64,000 bases of DNA from Azolla caroliniana (taxonomy: Eukaryota > Plantae > Polypodiophyta). A program made the translations under genes and the position numbers. The stretch spans positions 14,384,001 to 14,448,000 of the forward strand of contig JBHGNT010000016.1 of the NCBI GenBank assembly GCA_043228905.1. The letters run 5' to 3'. How positions within the stretch are numbered: position 1 is the stretch's first letter; each line of letters begins with the position of its first letter. Below, piece by piece: positions 11,730 through 23,980 of the stretch. Below the pieces are notes generated by a model that did no database searches, was not told where the DNA came from, and saw only the letters and a list, made by a program, of their open reading frames with translations.

Positions 11730-12525
11730 ACTGTGTCGTGCCTTTCGGCTCCGGATCGTTTGCGTGAGTCGGGTGGGAACCACCGGGGTTTTGGACTAGG
11801 AGAAAGAAGAATATGAGATGAGGCTAGTAATGAATAGATTATTAGAAAGAGAGATAGAAATTTCGTGAATCCCACGAGTGTATTGTATTCGATTAATCAA
11901 TATTTAGATAAGAATATGTATTTAGATTGAAAGAAAGATATAAGAAACTTGTGAATCCCACAAGTATAGATTATATTATTTTCGTGAATCCCACGATTAT
12001 ATTAATCGGTTGGTGTTTTCGGAAATATATCCAATTTCCAAATATTTCACACACCTATTACATTGTGCTCCCCATCCTTATGTAGTGATGGGAGAGACTA
12101 AGCATAACTACATGCTTTTTTTTTCTAATATGTTCATGCACACTAAATGTGCATGTAATGCTTTTCTAATCCTTGTTTTTATTTGCTAAATATAGTGCTC
12201 ATGCACGCTAGATGTGCATGAGTCACTTTTTAGTTGCTTGCGTTTTTCTATAAAATATTCACGCACTCTAAAAATGCATGATTTACCTTTTAATAAAGGT
12301 AGGCGCAAATAAAGCAATTATAGTTATTAAATCTATTTATAGAACACTAAAGCTAAGGTAGCATAATGGTAAAGTTGAGGTTTGGCTACGTGGAGGTACA
12401 AGGTTCGAATCTTGCCCTATGCACATGATAAATATTTTGATATTCTTATTTTATTTATTTATATGTAATTAAATCGGTTATATTATTTTTACTTTTTCAC
12501 GTAGTGTACGAAATACACTACGACA

Positions 12526-13040
12526 ACGCGCGTATGTACAGTCGTGTTAACGCTTCGGGCGTATGCGCGTGTGCATAGCCACGTGGACGACGTCTTCGGA
12601 TGTAGACGCGTGTGCAAGTTTCGAGCGTACACGTGCACGGTCGCGTGGACGTTTCGAACGAGTGCGCGGATGCATACACGACGCGGTCAGGACGCGTGCA
12701 AGCGTGGATGCGTACATTGTGTGGTGTGCACGCTTTGGGCATACGCGTGTATGCACGGTCATGTTAACGCTTCGGGCGTATGCGCGTGTGCATGGCCACG
12801 TGGACGATGTCTTCGGATATATGCGCGTGTGCAAGTTTCGGGCGTACGCGTGCACGGTTGCGTGAACGTTTCAGACGAGTGTGCGGATGCATACATGGTG
12901 CAGTCCGGACGCGTGGATGCGTACATTGCGGCGCGGTCGGGACTTTTGCGTGCAGATGCGTGTGTGCGGATGAGCGCGCGGATGCATACACAACGCGGTC
13001 GGGACGTGCGCATGCGTAGATGCGTACACTTCACGATCGA
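12526..13040. repeat. ~217-bp GC-rich tandem repeat (about 2.3 units) inside the E1 LTR
   Basis: GTTAACGCTTCGGGCGTATGCGCGTGTGCAT recurs at ~12546 and ~12763. The repeat starts at ~8843, left of G2. Confidence 0.85.
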
Positions 13041-13104
13041 GACTTTTTGCACGAGCTAAACTTTATGGATGATTGGGTCATTTGGCCGTATTATACAGAC
13101 AATC

Positions 13105-13235
13105 GCATGCAACCAAAAGCCAAGGCCATGCAACTAAAAGTAAAAGCCATGCATCTAAAACTGGAAGCATGCAACTAAAAGCAAAGACCATGCAACTAAA
13201 AATAGAGGTCATCCAACTAAAAGTGGGCATGCAAA
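13105..13235. repeat. ~21-bp minisatellite with CATGCAACTAAAA core, about 7 copies
   Basis: Directly visible periodic motif. Confidence 0.85.
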
Positions 13236-13683
13236 GTAACATTGGGGAGGGAGGATCAACGAGGAGCTGGATATATGTCCCATTTTTTCCCTACTAGTTT
13301 TTTTTTTCCCCTCTTCCTTCTTCGTCCCTCTGGGTTTTGGAGAAATGAATTATCTCACATATTGATATCAAACTCCTAGCTTCGGGGACTCGATCTTACT
13401 TGTAAAAAATTATCTCTTGTATTCATATCAGACCACTCCTTACATGGTTGTTGGCTCCTTTCTTTGAAAAATTAATCTCTCATTTCCATACCCAACCCAT
13501 TGTAACACGATTCTGAAATTATAAAGAATCGATTTTCTTTTGCAATAAAGGAATGATTTGTCTCTCCCACTTGTCTTATGCTTAAAACTTGCTTGTGTTG
13601 TACGTGTTGCACTAAATCCTTCTAGTCTAGAACCCCAGCGGTTCCGTCTCACAATCCGCACATAGTGACGGATTTTCACGACA

Positions 13684-16479
13684 ACGTGAAACGTGAATTT
13701 TTTCCCTAATAAGTAATGTTGGAATTTATTGATGTTGTAGATCATTCCCATGGCTTCACGCTCTGTCGTTGAATAGTTCCGCTCCACGTCGGATAATGTG
13801 TGGTTGAAGTAGTATACCGGTCGGTACCAACTAGGCTCGGTGAGCTGCATTAGTGCACTGCCAAGTGCGATGTCAAAGGCATCCACGAATAAGTGGAATG
13901 ATTTGGACCAGTCTGGGGGTTGTAGGATGGGTGCTTGGGTCAACATGATTTTTAGTGCCTCATATGCCTTGTCTTTTGTTGCCATCCCTTTGAATGTAGT
14001 ACGGTGTATTGTGGCGTGTAGGGGGGTTGCGAAATCCACCAAATATCGTAATATACGGTTGTGCCATCGTATTTGCCCGAGGAAGCGACTAAGAGCTTTT
14101 GCATTGTTGGAAGGTTTTGCTTCCACGATAGCCTTAATTTTGTTGGGACCTACCATGATCCCCTACTTGCTCACGATGTGACCGAGTAGAGCTCCACTAG
14201 TAACCCCAAATGCGCATTTAGTGCTCAGGGTTATGGGTGAAGCGCAAAGGTACGACATCGTTCCAAACATAGCCCTAAACGGCCTAAATATTCTCCTCGC
14301 GTCCCATACATGACGAAGTTGTCGAGAAAGACTTGCATAAACCCAGGGATAAAATCGCCAAAAATCCCCGTAATAGTGCATTGTAACGTGGCGGGGGCTG
14401 TCTTCAGGCCGAACATCATAACTATAGCTACGAATAATCCCCATTCAGTGACGAACGCAATCTTGTCCCGATCCTCTAGGTGCATTCGTACTTGATTATA
14501 TCCGCTAAAGCCATCCAAAAAACAATACATGTCATGGCCTGCGACTGTATCTAATATGTTATCTGTAAATGGTAAGGGGAATGCGTTCGTAATCGTGATG
14601 ACATTTAATTTACGGTAATCGACGCATACACGTATTTTCCCATTTTTCTTTGGCACCACTATTGGACTTAACCATGTTGCTTGTTTAACAGGTTGGATGA
14701 ACCCTACTTTCAAGAGCTTGTCAATTTCTTCTTTTACGCGGGCCGCGTAATTTGGGTTCATACGATAGCGTCTCTACTGAACGGGTTTCGCATCTGTGGC
14801 CAGGTTAATTTTGTGTTGGTAGAATTTTGGGTCAAACCCATCCATGTCTACATGCGACCATGCGCAAACATCTTTAAGTTTTCAGAGCAGCTCCGTCATG
14901 GCAATTTTCTCACGCGGCATCAAGTCCTTAGCGATTGACAGTAGACGTGGGACTTCCGCGGATCCAACATTAATCTCCTCCAAAGCCGATGCGGTAAGCC
15001 TTCGCAAGATTTCCATCTCTTTCTCGAATGCTTCTCGTGCTCTACTTAGCTCCAACATAGACTCGGGATCTGGTTTGTGCTCCACCTCTTGCCGCGTACT
15101 TGTTGGGGCGTACTCACTAGCGGCCTCGAGAACGTATTATCCGCAGATTTTTGTCGAGGTTAGCTTCAAGCTCTGTATCCTCCATTCCTTCCAGCATATT
15201 AATTTCTTCTGCGCACAGTGGTGTTATAGCTTTGGTCGGTGCAGATGTTTCCTACGTAGGTAAGTGAATCTTGCTTCCCGCATCGGAAGATGGTGCAGTT
15301 ATGCTGCCAATTTTGCTTGATATTAACAGACCATAGCTCTGCCTAACAAAATTGGGTACACCTGTGGGGCGTCTAGAGTGAACATGACCGCAGAAATCTC
15401 AAAGTGATGGCCGCCAACTACAATTCCTAGCTTCTAAATTAACCCTAGCGGTCTGATGGAGCGGGCGTCTGCCATTCGGAGCCAGAACGGGCATACTTCC
15501 CAGTCTGTAATGCCTAGCAGATTACAAGTGGTTTTACTGACCACCTTTACGCCGGATCCGCCATCGACGATCCATCCCACTATTTCTTGGCCTTGTAGTA
15601 CCACTTTGATGGCTGGATTATGGTGATCTACCACTGTTGGACTGGTATTGGACTCTGTGTAATTAGCCGAGATTTCTAGTTCGGCGGTGCCCCGTATACG
15701 ATTCTCTACCACTTGTCGGAACCGTGGCACCAATAGTAATAGCTTATCCATGGTGAGCATGATTTTGCAGTCTGCTAGTGCTTGCCATATCGGGTCTGGT
15801 GATAATGTCTTATCTTCCCAGGCTTGGGCCGCTTTGTGTATGTCATCTTGTTCTGCCCATTCTGTGTTTTTCACTTGACTACGTGTTGTGACCTGTTGGA
15901 CATCCACCATGATGGTGTTCATGACTAGTTCCTTGCCCTTATTGCAAGGCTACAAACATTGTGTACATTGGACTCGCCGTGATGGTGTTCACGGTTGTTT
16001 GCATACAAAGCAATGTACACTGGACTCGCCTTTCTCCAATATCAGAGCTGCGGTGGTGTATACAGGTGCGGATTGCTCTTCCAATGTTTTCTGAAATCGT
16101 TCATGATTACGGGGTTTCTGGCGATATTCCAGATGAGGCCCTTGGCGTCATTCATCCTCAGAACTTTCCTCGTAATGGTGTTGATCCCGTTCGTGGCGCC
16201 GGCCTGTCCACTGCAATTGTTGGTAATCGACATCCCCCCCCACTTGTAATGGTCATTGCTCTGATACTCTTCTCCTTCCTGCTCTTCTTTGTTAGACTTA
16301 GGATCGTTGTTGCGGTGGTGATGGTACGACCTTTCCACACGTTGGTTACGTTCCGTATTACGGTAACGCTCTTCTAGACGGCCTTGGTCATTTCGGTGGT
16401 ATTATTGTTGTGGTTCCATACATCGAACTGTCGGCGTGGCCTTGTTCAACATATTATATTTGCACTGGTCCATCGTATG
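13684..16479 (-). pseudogene. pol: E2 Gag C-terminus, protease, RT, RNase H
   Basis: PR IVDGGSG; RT WLSPIVVPKK, CVDYRKLN, FLDGFSGYNQ; RH LFVDA and NYSTTERE. Several frameshifts. Confidence 0.88.
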
Positions 16480-17185
16480 TGTCACATTCTAGACTCGAAC
16501 CTCTAACTTTTAACACACACAGTACATTGTCTTGTGTTAACCATATGGATACTCTTGTGAACTGTCCACATTCGATTGTGAACTTGTATATATTGTAGAG
16601 TCTTGTGTATAGTACATTCGAGAATATTCTAGTTGTTAGTATATTCTAGTAGCCCATTCATGAAATACTTAGTATTAAAGTTAATACTAACAAGACATGA
16701 ATAAGTGTTTGTGAGATTAGGGTAAATCAAGCCTAGATCCCTGAACTTATGGTAATAGCATAGGGATACAACGTCGTCGGTACAAAAATTTGCACTTGCA
16801 CTCTGTGAGATGACCCTCTTACACATAAAACAAAACAATAAGTAAAACAAAAAACACTTATACATGTATATACATACATGTATCATATTACATGAACACT
16901 TGTTTTCACTTGCACAACTAAACACACATTTGCACATAAGCAATATAGCCATGTACGTGTGTGTTGAGAGACAAGCTCAACATTGGGTGCATAACCTAGT
17001 GCGTAGATTGGGTGCGTAAAACCATACACAAAATATGGCCATAGCGGTATGTAAACCGAGAGGCCGTTGGAATGTTATTCCTCGTAAGGAATAATTTTGG
17101 GAGAAATGTAGGATGCTCATTTATGAGCGGTCAAGTACTGTAAGTACTTGTTTCAGCCCAATTATCAGAGCTTGTATAAAAGGTT

Positions 17186-17432
17186 TGTTGGGAAATCGGT
17201 CTCTCTGGATGGGATCCGATGATGAATAAAGAGGACTCGGTGAGAACCGGAAGAGATCTGGAAACCAGAGGAGACCCGGTGAGAACAGGAAGAGGCAACA
17301 TATCTGTAAATATGTTTTGAGTAAGCCTATTGAGGCTATATTTGTAAATAGCCCTAAGTTCATATAAGTATAAATATGACTTAGGGAAATCACTTTGTAA
17401 GGTTGTTGTTATTGTCATATTGTTGTATAGAA

Positions 17433-17471
<39 letters not shown>

Positions 17472-20400
17472 AGCTACGAGCACTCTCTGTTGTAACCGCC
17501 GTCTGGCGAAGATCGAGAGCACGAGGTCATTGCCTCTATGCCTTCACTTTCTATTTCCTCTCATATAGTGATAGTTGAAGTCCGTGGGCTCCCATGGTTT
17601 TTCCCTATTAGGGTTTTCCACGTAAACATCCTGTGTCATTTCTGTGTACTCTCTCGTTCATCCCCATTTCTGTGATTCAATACTCGGTTGTGGCCGAGCG
17701 GTATTCCTTGCTATTCTTCACAAACTGGTATCAGAGCGAACAACACAGAAAATGGAAGAATCGTTCAACGGCATGTTCAAGCTCCCCGGCTCCAACTACT
17801 CAGTGTGGAAGTCGACGATGAGGGACATGCTAGTGGTTAAAGATCTTTGGTTTCCGGACCGGAAGAGACCGGATAAGATCGACGCCACAGTGTGGGAGGT
17901 GATGCACATGTAGACGACGACATACATCTGGTGCTTCATCGACATGAGCCTATGCAACAACTTCAATGAAGAGAGCAAGGCTCATGAACTCTGGGCGAAG
18001 ATCGCTATCAAGTTCCAAAACAAGAATGTTGTTAATCGGGTTTCGGTATTCCGAAAGCTAGTGAGGCTCTGGTACCAGGACGACTCCAGTACGGCGGAGC
18101 ACATGAATGCCTTCCAAGGACTGACCCACCAGGCAACCTCATTGGAAGTACCTCTTGCCGATGAGGTACTCGCATTGCTCCTACTCGGTTCCCTCCCGAA
18201 TAGCTAGGAGACGTTAGTTGTCATGTTGGGCAACGCTGGGCCAGAAGGAAAACAGTTGTCCCTAGCAAGGGTAAAATCAAGCTTGCTAGATGAAGAAGCT
18301 CACCGGAAGGACTGGGAGTCCGGAACCAATCCGAAGGCCTTGGTCACAGAAGATGACCAAAACTGGGGAAGAGGCCGGTATTGGAGTCCCCAAAACCGGG
18401 ACAAATCAGGGACGAGGTCGAAGTCAAGGGGGAGGCTCATGTGCTTCTATAGGGGGAAGTCGAGACACTTCTAGAAGAACTGCCAACATTTCTAGAAGGA
18501 GAAAGAAACCAGCACTACCGATTCGAAGAAGAGTTTGGACCGAAATAGTTCGGACCGGAGAGGCCCGGATCGGAAGGGAATATCGACAATCACGACAAGT
18601 GAAGAAGAACTAATGCACATTACCTAAGAGAATGAGTTAAACCTTGTCGGCGACGAGACAATGTGGGTTGTCGATTCTGGAGCCTCGTTCCACCTAACAC
18701 CGGATCGGAAATGCTTCTCATCCTACTCGGTCAGTGTTCATGGTTGTGTCCGGATGGGGAATGAAGGTACATGCCAAATATCAACATAGGAGATGTGTTG
18801 TTGACAACATCAACCGGATGCAAATTGCTGTTGAAGGATGTCCGACACATTCCGGAGGTTCGACTAAACCTGATATCAACTGGTCGGCTAGATGATGAAG
18901 GCTACACAGGTAGCATCCGGAACGGTGTTATGAAGTTCAGCAAGGGAAGCTTGATTGTGGCTCAAGGCCGGAAGATCAACACATTGTACTTGATGAATGC
19001 TCGGATATGCCAAGAAGAAGTATACCTAGCATCTGACACTGCCGGTGAGCTGTGGCACAAAAGACTGTGTCACATGAGTGAGAAGGGGATGAAGAGGCTT
19101 GCCGAAGACAACCTCATTCCAGTAAAGGACGTGCAACTTCAGAAGTGCACCGATTGCTTGGCCGTCAAACAAAACCAAACCTCCTTCCGATCAAGACCAC
19201 CGATGAGACGGAATGCACCACTGGAGCTGGTGCATACCGATGTGTGTCAAGTGGACACGAAGTCACATGCGGGATCACAGTACTTCATGACGTTCATACA
19301 TGACCACAGCCGGATGTTATGGGTCTCACCATTGAAGCCGAAGGATCAAGTGCTATCTGTCTTCAAGGAGCTCCATGCGAGAGTGGAAAGAGAAACGGGC
19401 CGGAAGTTGAAGGCGGTTCGAGTAGATTATGGAGGAGAATACCGGGGGCAATTCGAGGATTATTGCCGGTCGAAGGGAATCTAGTTCAAGTTTACTGTGC
19501 CAAAGACGCTGGAACTAAACGGGTTGGACAAAAGGATGAACCGGACCATAATGGAGAGAGTCAGGAGCATGCTAGCACATGCAAAGTTACCCAAGAAGTT
19601 TTGGGCTAAGGCGGTGACGACGACGACCTATGTGATAAATAGATCACCCTCGGCACCCTTGGAAGGAGACTCACCTCAAAAAGTATGGACCAGTAAAGAT
19701 GTATCTTACCAACATCTGAAGGTGTTCGAGTGTCTCACATATGTCCATGTTGCAAAGGACAAGAGAGAAAAGCTGGATCCAAAGTCCAGGCCATGCATAT
19801 TCCTTGGATACGGCGATGATGAGTTCGGTTACCCTGTGTGGGACCTGGTCGACAAGAAGGTGTTCTAGAGTCGGGACATAGTCTTCATGGAAGACAGGAC
19901 CATTGCCGACTGGGAGTCGGAGATGAAGGTGATGAACTCCGGATCATTCAATGAAAACCGGCTTGAGGACACAAGGACTTACCCGGTTGAAAATCGAACG
20001 CTAGCCGGTAACCGGATGACAGTTGACGAACCGGCCGGATATGGACAAGAAACCAAACCGACCGAAGAAGAAGAAGAAGAAGAAGAAGACACAGGAACCG
20101 GACAAGATCCTGAATCGGATTCAGATTCGGAACAAATGGAGGAACCAGTAGTAAAAAACCAGGGACGGAGATATCCTCTCCGGGAGAGAAGAGCCCCTTG
20201 GAGATTTCCGGATGCAGAGCATGTGTGGCTAACCGATGAGGGGGAGCTAGAAAGCTTTGAAGAAGCGAAGGGAGACACCCACAGCCGCAAGTGGTTGAGT
20301 GCCATGCAGGATGAGATGGATTCCCTATATGAGAACCACACATATGAATTGGTGGAGTTGCCGAAAAGAAAGAGGGCACTCCGGAACAAGTGGGTGTACA

Positions 20401-21881
20401 AGCTGAAATTGGGAGACGCTAGAAATCCACCAAGGTATAAGGCCCGAATCGTGGTGAAGGGCTTCCAATAGAAGAAAGGAGTGGACTTCGATCAGATCTT
20501 TTCCCTGGTAGTAAAGATGACATCCATCCGGACGGTATTGGGCATAGTGGTAAGAATGGACTTCGAGGTAGAGCAACTAGACATGAAGACAACGTTCCTC
20601 CATGGAGACCTTGAAAAAGAGATCTACATGCATCAACCGGAAGGATTTGAAAAGAAAATGAAGGAGCACCTGGTGTGCCGGCTGAAGAAGAGCCTATACG
20701 GATTGAAGCAAGGTCCCTGGCAATGGTATCGGAAGTTTGACTCCTTCATGACCGACCAAGGACACCACAAGACGTAGGATGATCACTGTGTGTTTGTGAA
20801 GAAATTTGATGGAGGAGATTTCCTGATACTCTTCCTATATGTGGATGATATGTTGATCGTCGGACGAGACCAAGGCAAGATTCGGATGCTGAAGAAGGCT
20901 CTGAACCGGACCTACTCAATGGAAGACTTGGGGCTGGCAAGACAGATATTGGGAATGCACATCATCTAGGACCGGTCGAAGAAACTGTTCTTGTTGTCAT
21001 AGGAGAAGTATGTGACAAAGGTGCTTGAACGGTTCAACATGTCGGAGGCGAAACCGGTCGGATCAACACTTCCAACAAACTGCAAGCTATCTGGAAAACA
21101 AAGCCCGAGGACAAAGGTGGAGAAGACAGATATGATGAAGATACCATATGCCTCTGGTATCGGGAGCTTGATGTACGCGATGGTATGTACCCGGCCAGAT
21201 ATCGGATACTTTGAGCAATCAGAGTGGTGAGCCGGTTCATGAGCAATCCCAGAAGAGAGCACTGGAACGTAGTCAAGTGGATACTTTGATATCTAAAAGG
21301 CACCTCGAGTATGTGCCTCCGGTTTGGCTTCGGAAAACCTCAACTCGATGGTTTCACAGATTTGGATATGTCGGCTGATGTAGATACTAGCTGGTCGACA
21401 TCCAGATATGTCATGACTTATGCAGGGGGAGCTGTTTCGTGGTAGTCGAGGTTGCAGAAGACGGTTGCATTGTCAACCACGGAGGCGGAGTACATGGCAG
21501 TTGTAGAAGCCGACAAAGAGATACTCTGGATGAAGGACTTCATCGAAGAGCTAGGGATCCAATAGGAGGAATACTGGCTCTACTGCGACAGTCAAAGTGC
21601 CATCCACCTTGCAAAGAACGTAGCCTACCATTCCCGGATGAAGTCTCTGTTGTAACCGCCGTCTAGCGAAGGTCGAGAGCACGAGGTCATTGCCTCTATG
21701 CCTCCACTTTGTATTTCCTCTCATATAGTGATAGTTGGAGTCCATTAGGTCCCGTGGTTTTTCCCTATTAGGGTTTTCAACGTAAACATCATGTGTCATT
21801 TCTGTGTACTCTCTCATTCATCCCTATTCTATGATTCAATACTCAGTTGTGGCCGAGCAATATTCCGCGTTATTCTTCACC
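17186..21881 (+). mobile_element. E4b: Ty1/Copia element (E9 family) nested in the E4 5' LTR
   Basis: 5' LTR 17186-17722; PBS TGGTATCAGAGC (tRNA-iMet); imperfect TSD AGGTT/AGGTG; 3' LTR remnant 21644-21881. Confidence 0.88.
17752..21643 (+). pseudogene. gag-pol: E4b gag-pol (Gag, PR, INT, RT, RH)
   Basis: [36 protein letters not shown]. Many premature stops. Confidence 0.9.
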
Positions 21882-22173
21882 AGGTGCTCACTGAGCACGA
21901 AGTATGTACAGAGAACATACAGAGAATTATTTTGAATATAGTTTCGTTTTCTGCTCTCTTTGTTGCTCCCTCTCTTTCTTTGTCATTTTTGTGTTTTACC
22001 AAGTTGTCATGCTTTTGAACCGTGTACTTTGTGTCTTTCACATACGCTTCCGCACACGTATTCTTTTACATGGTATCAAAGCGCGAGGGTTGACACTCCT
22101 TTGCAATCGACAGAAAAGCTTGCGATAAAGACAGAGTTAAGTTATTTTCTTACGGAAAGGATAAGGCGGCAAT

Positions 22174-23980
22174 ATGGACAGAGGAATGGGAAGCTCGCTA
22201 CCGTCTGAGATGCTTGATAGGAGCAACTATGCATTTTGGTCGTACAAGATGCACCAGTATCTGCTCGGTCATGGTTACTGGAGTTATGTCAAAGGAGCCA
22301 ATGATACAACACCCGAATCGACACCGAGATTTTTCGACTTGGGAGCAAGTGGCAAGCAAAGTTCTTTATTGCTTCAAGTCTTGTGTGAGCGACCAGCTCT
22401 TGAGCTACATTCGGGATGCTATGACGCCAAAGGATGCGTGGGAGAATCTCAAGGGCATTGTCGCCACTAACACAACGGCCAGGAAGCTGCAACTCAAGCA
22501 AGAGCCTAGGAATGTCCGATAGAAAGATCTGTCTGTGGCTGATTACATAGCCCGAATCAAGGAGATCTGCGACTCTCTTTCCTCCATCAACGTAAACGTC
22601 AAGGAGGAAGAAAGGGTGCAGGTTTTTCGTTGGAGGGTTAACGTCAAAGTTCAGAGCATTCTGAACGGTAGTTTGCACAAGGGAGAACATTCTTCGAGCT
22701 TCAATCGATATTGCTCGTGGAGGAAAATCACACGGGTGCGTCGACGAGTACGCACACCGATGGCATGATGTTGTACATGGAGGAAGACAAGCCCGGTGGT
22801 CGTGGCGAACGAGGCGGATCGGCGCGCACTAGAGGCGACCGAAAAGAGCAGAACATGCGGCATAATCGAAACGCCGGAAGTAATTCCGAACCTTTGGGAA
22901 ACAGGGGAAGTCATAGCAGTGCCCGAAGCCGACAAGAGAAGCCCGCAACGAGATGTTGGTAAGGTGGCAAGAAAGGCCACAGGGAGAGCGAGTGCTAGAA
23001 GAAGAGGGCCGATTCGGACAAAGCTCGATCAAGTAGAAGAGACGCAAGAAAGCGTTAGAAAATCGCATTACGCCAAAGGCTTCGAACAAGCCGGAAATGG
23101 ATCCGGCCCAGCCTCCGTAATGAAGCTCAAGGCCAATTCGATGGCCGTGAACACCTCGACATCGAGGGAGGTGTGGTATGTTGATTTCGGAGCGTCAAAT
23201 CATATGACGAGTCATGAGGAATGGTTCTCGTACTTGGAGAAACCGGAAAAGCAAGGAGTGGTCAAAACCGGAGACGACACTCCGCCAAGCTTGGAATGCG
23301 AAGATTACGCAATGGTTGCATAGAATGGGGTTTGCGACGTCCAAATCGGACTCTTCGTTGTTTGTTCGGCAAGGTCGACATGGACCATTTTGTCTTTTAC
23401 TTTATGTTGATGATTTAGCCATCGTCGGTGCCAACCTGGAAGAAATCGGCCGCATCAAGTCTCAGCTCGCGACATCTTTCGAAATGAAGGATCTTGGAGA
23501 CCTTCATTACTTCCTCGGGGTCGAAGTGATCCGTTCTCCCGAAGGCATATTGATCAGTCAGCGTCGTTACTCGCTGAATATGCTCTTCAAGTTCAGGATG
23601 GAAGATTGTAAGCCCATCTCGACCCCTTTGGATAGAAATGGAAAGCTTTGTTGAGATTCACGTAAGGTGTACGACCCGACACAGTTCCGACAAATTGTCG
23701 GAAGCCTAATTTACTTGACGATTACTCAACCGGACCTCAGCTATCCGGTCGGAATGATCAGTCAATTTATGTCGCAACCCACGACCGAACACCTTCAATG
23801 CGCGCAAAGGATATTACGGTATGTCAGCGGCACGAAAGATATGGCGTTATTGTATCGGGCAGGCCTAGCTGAACCATTAGTTGGCTACGCAGATGCCGAT
23901 TGGACCGGAAAAGCCCACGACCGTAGATCCACATCCGGATACTCATTCTCATTGGGAAGTGTGGCGATCACGTGGAGCAT
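22174..23980 (+). pseudogene. gag-pol: E4 Gag-PR fused to RT C-terminal half (INT and most of RH deleted)
   Basis: LDRSNY..W; WYVDFGASNHMT; junction near 23283; LLLYVDDL; RRSTSGY. Confidence 0.85.

Larger units (their letters stand above)
8876..12525 (-). mobile_element. G2: intact-structure, very young Gag-only LTR retrotransposon (TR-GAG-like), 3650 bp
   Basis: 792-bp LTRs 8876-9667 and 11734-12525 with one substitution seen. TG..CA ends; 4-bp TSD ACGC; PBS 11713-11729; PPT GGAGGGGGCGAG at 9668-9679. Confidence 0.95.
3227..13683 (+). mobile_element. E1: Ty3/Gypsy non-chromovirus LTR retrotransposon, 5'-truncated, inserted in the RNase H of E2
   Basis: Gag-PR-RT-RH-INT order. Purine tract before 8570. 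3' LTR has inverted termini TGTCGTG (8570) and CACGACA (13683). The E2 RH frame stops exactly at 13684. Confidence 0.88.
8570..13683 (+). repeat. E1 3' LTR (~1.46 kb once G2 is removed)
   Basis: TGTCGTG...CACGACA termini. TATA-like ATATAT near 13270 followed by a pyrimidine-rich tract. Interrupted by G2. Confidence 0.8.

Noticed and set aside
11696-11875. Signal-peptide-like N-terminus of ORF 9962-11875
   Set aside because: Lies in the LTR/PBS pyrimidine-rich leader with a non-ATG start; the first ATG is at 11695.
12518-13059. Cys/Arg/Ala-rich ORFs
   Set aside because: Translations of the tandem repeat.
16645-16695. Helitron terminus for the 22-kb block
   Set aside because: Hairpin is AT-only, the A/T insertion context and 5' TC end are missing, and Helitrons make no TSD.
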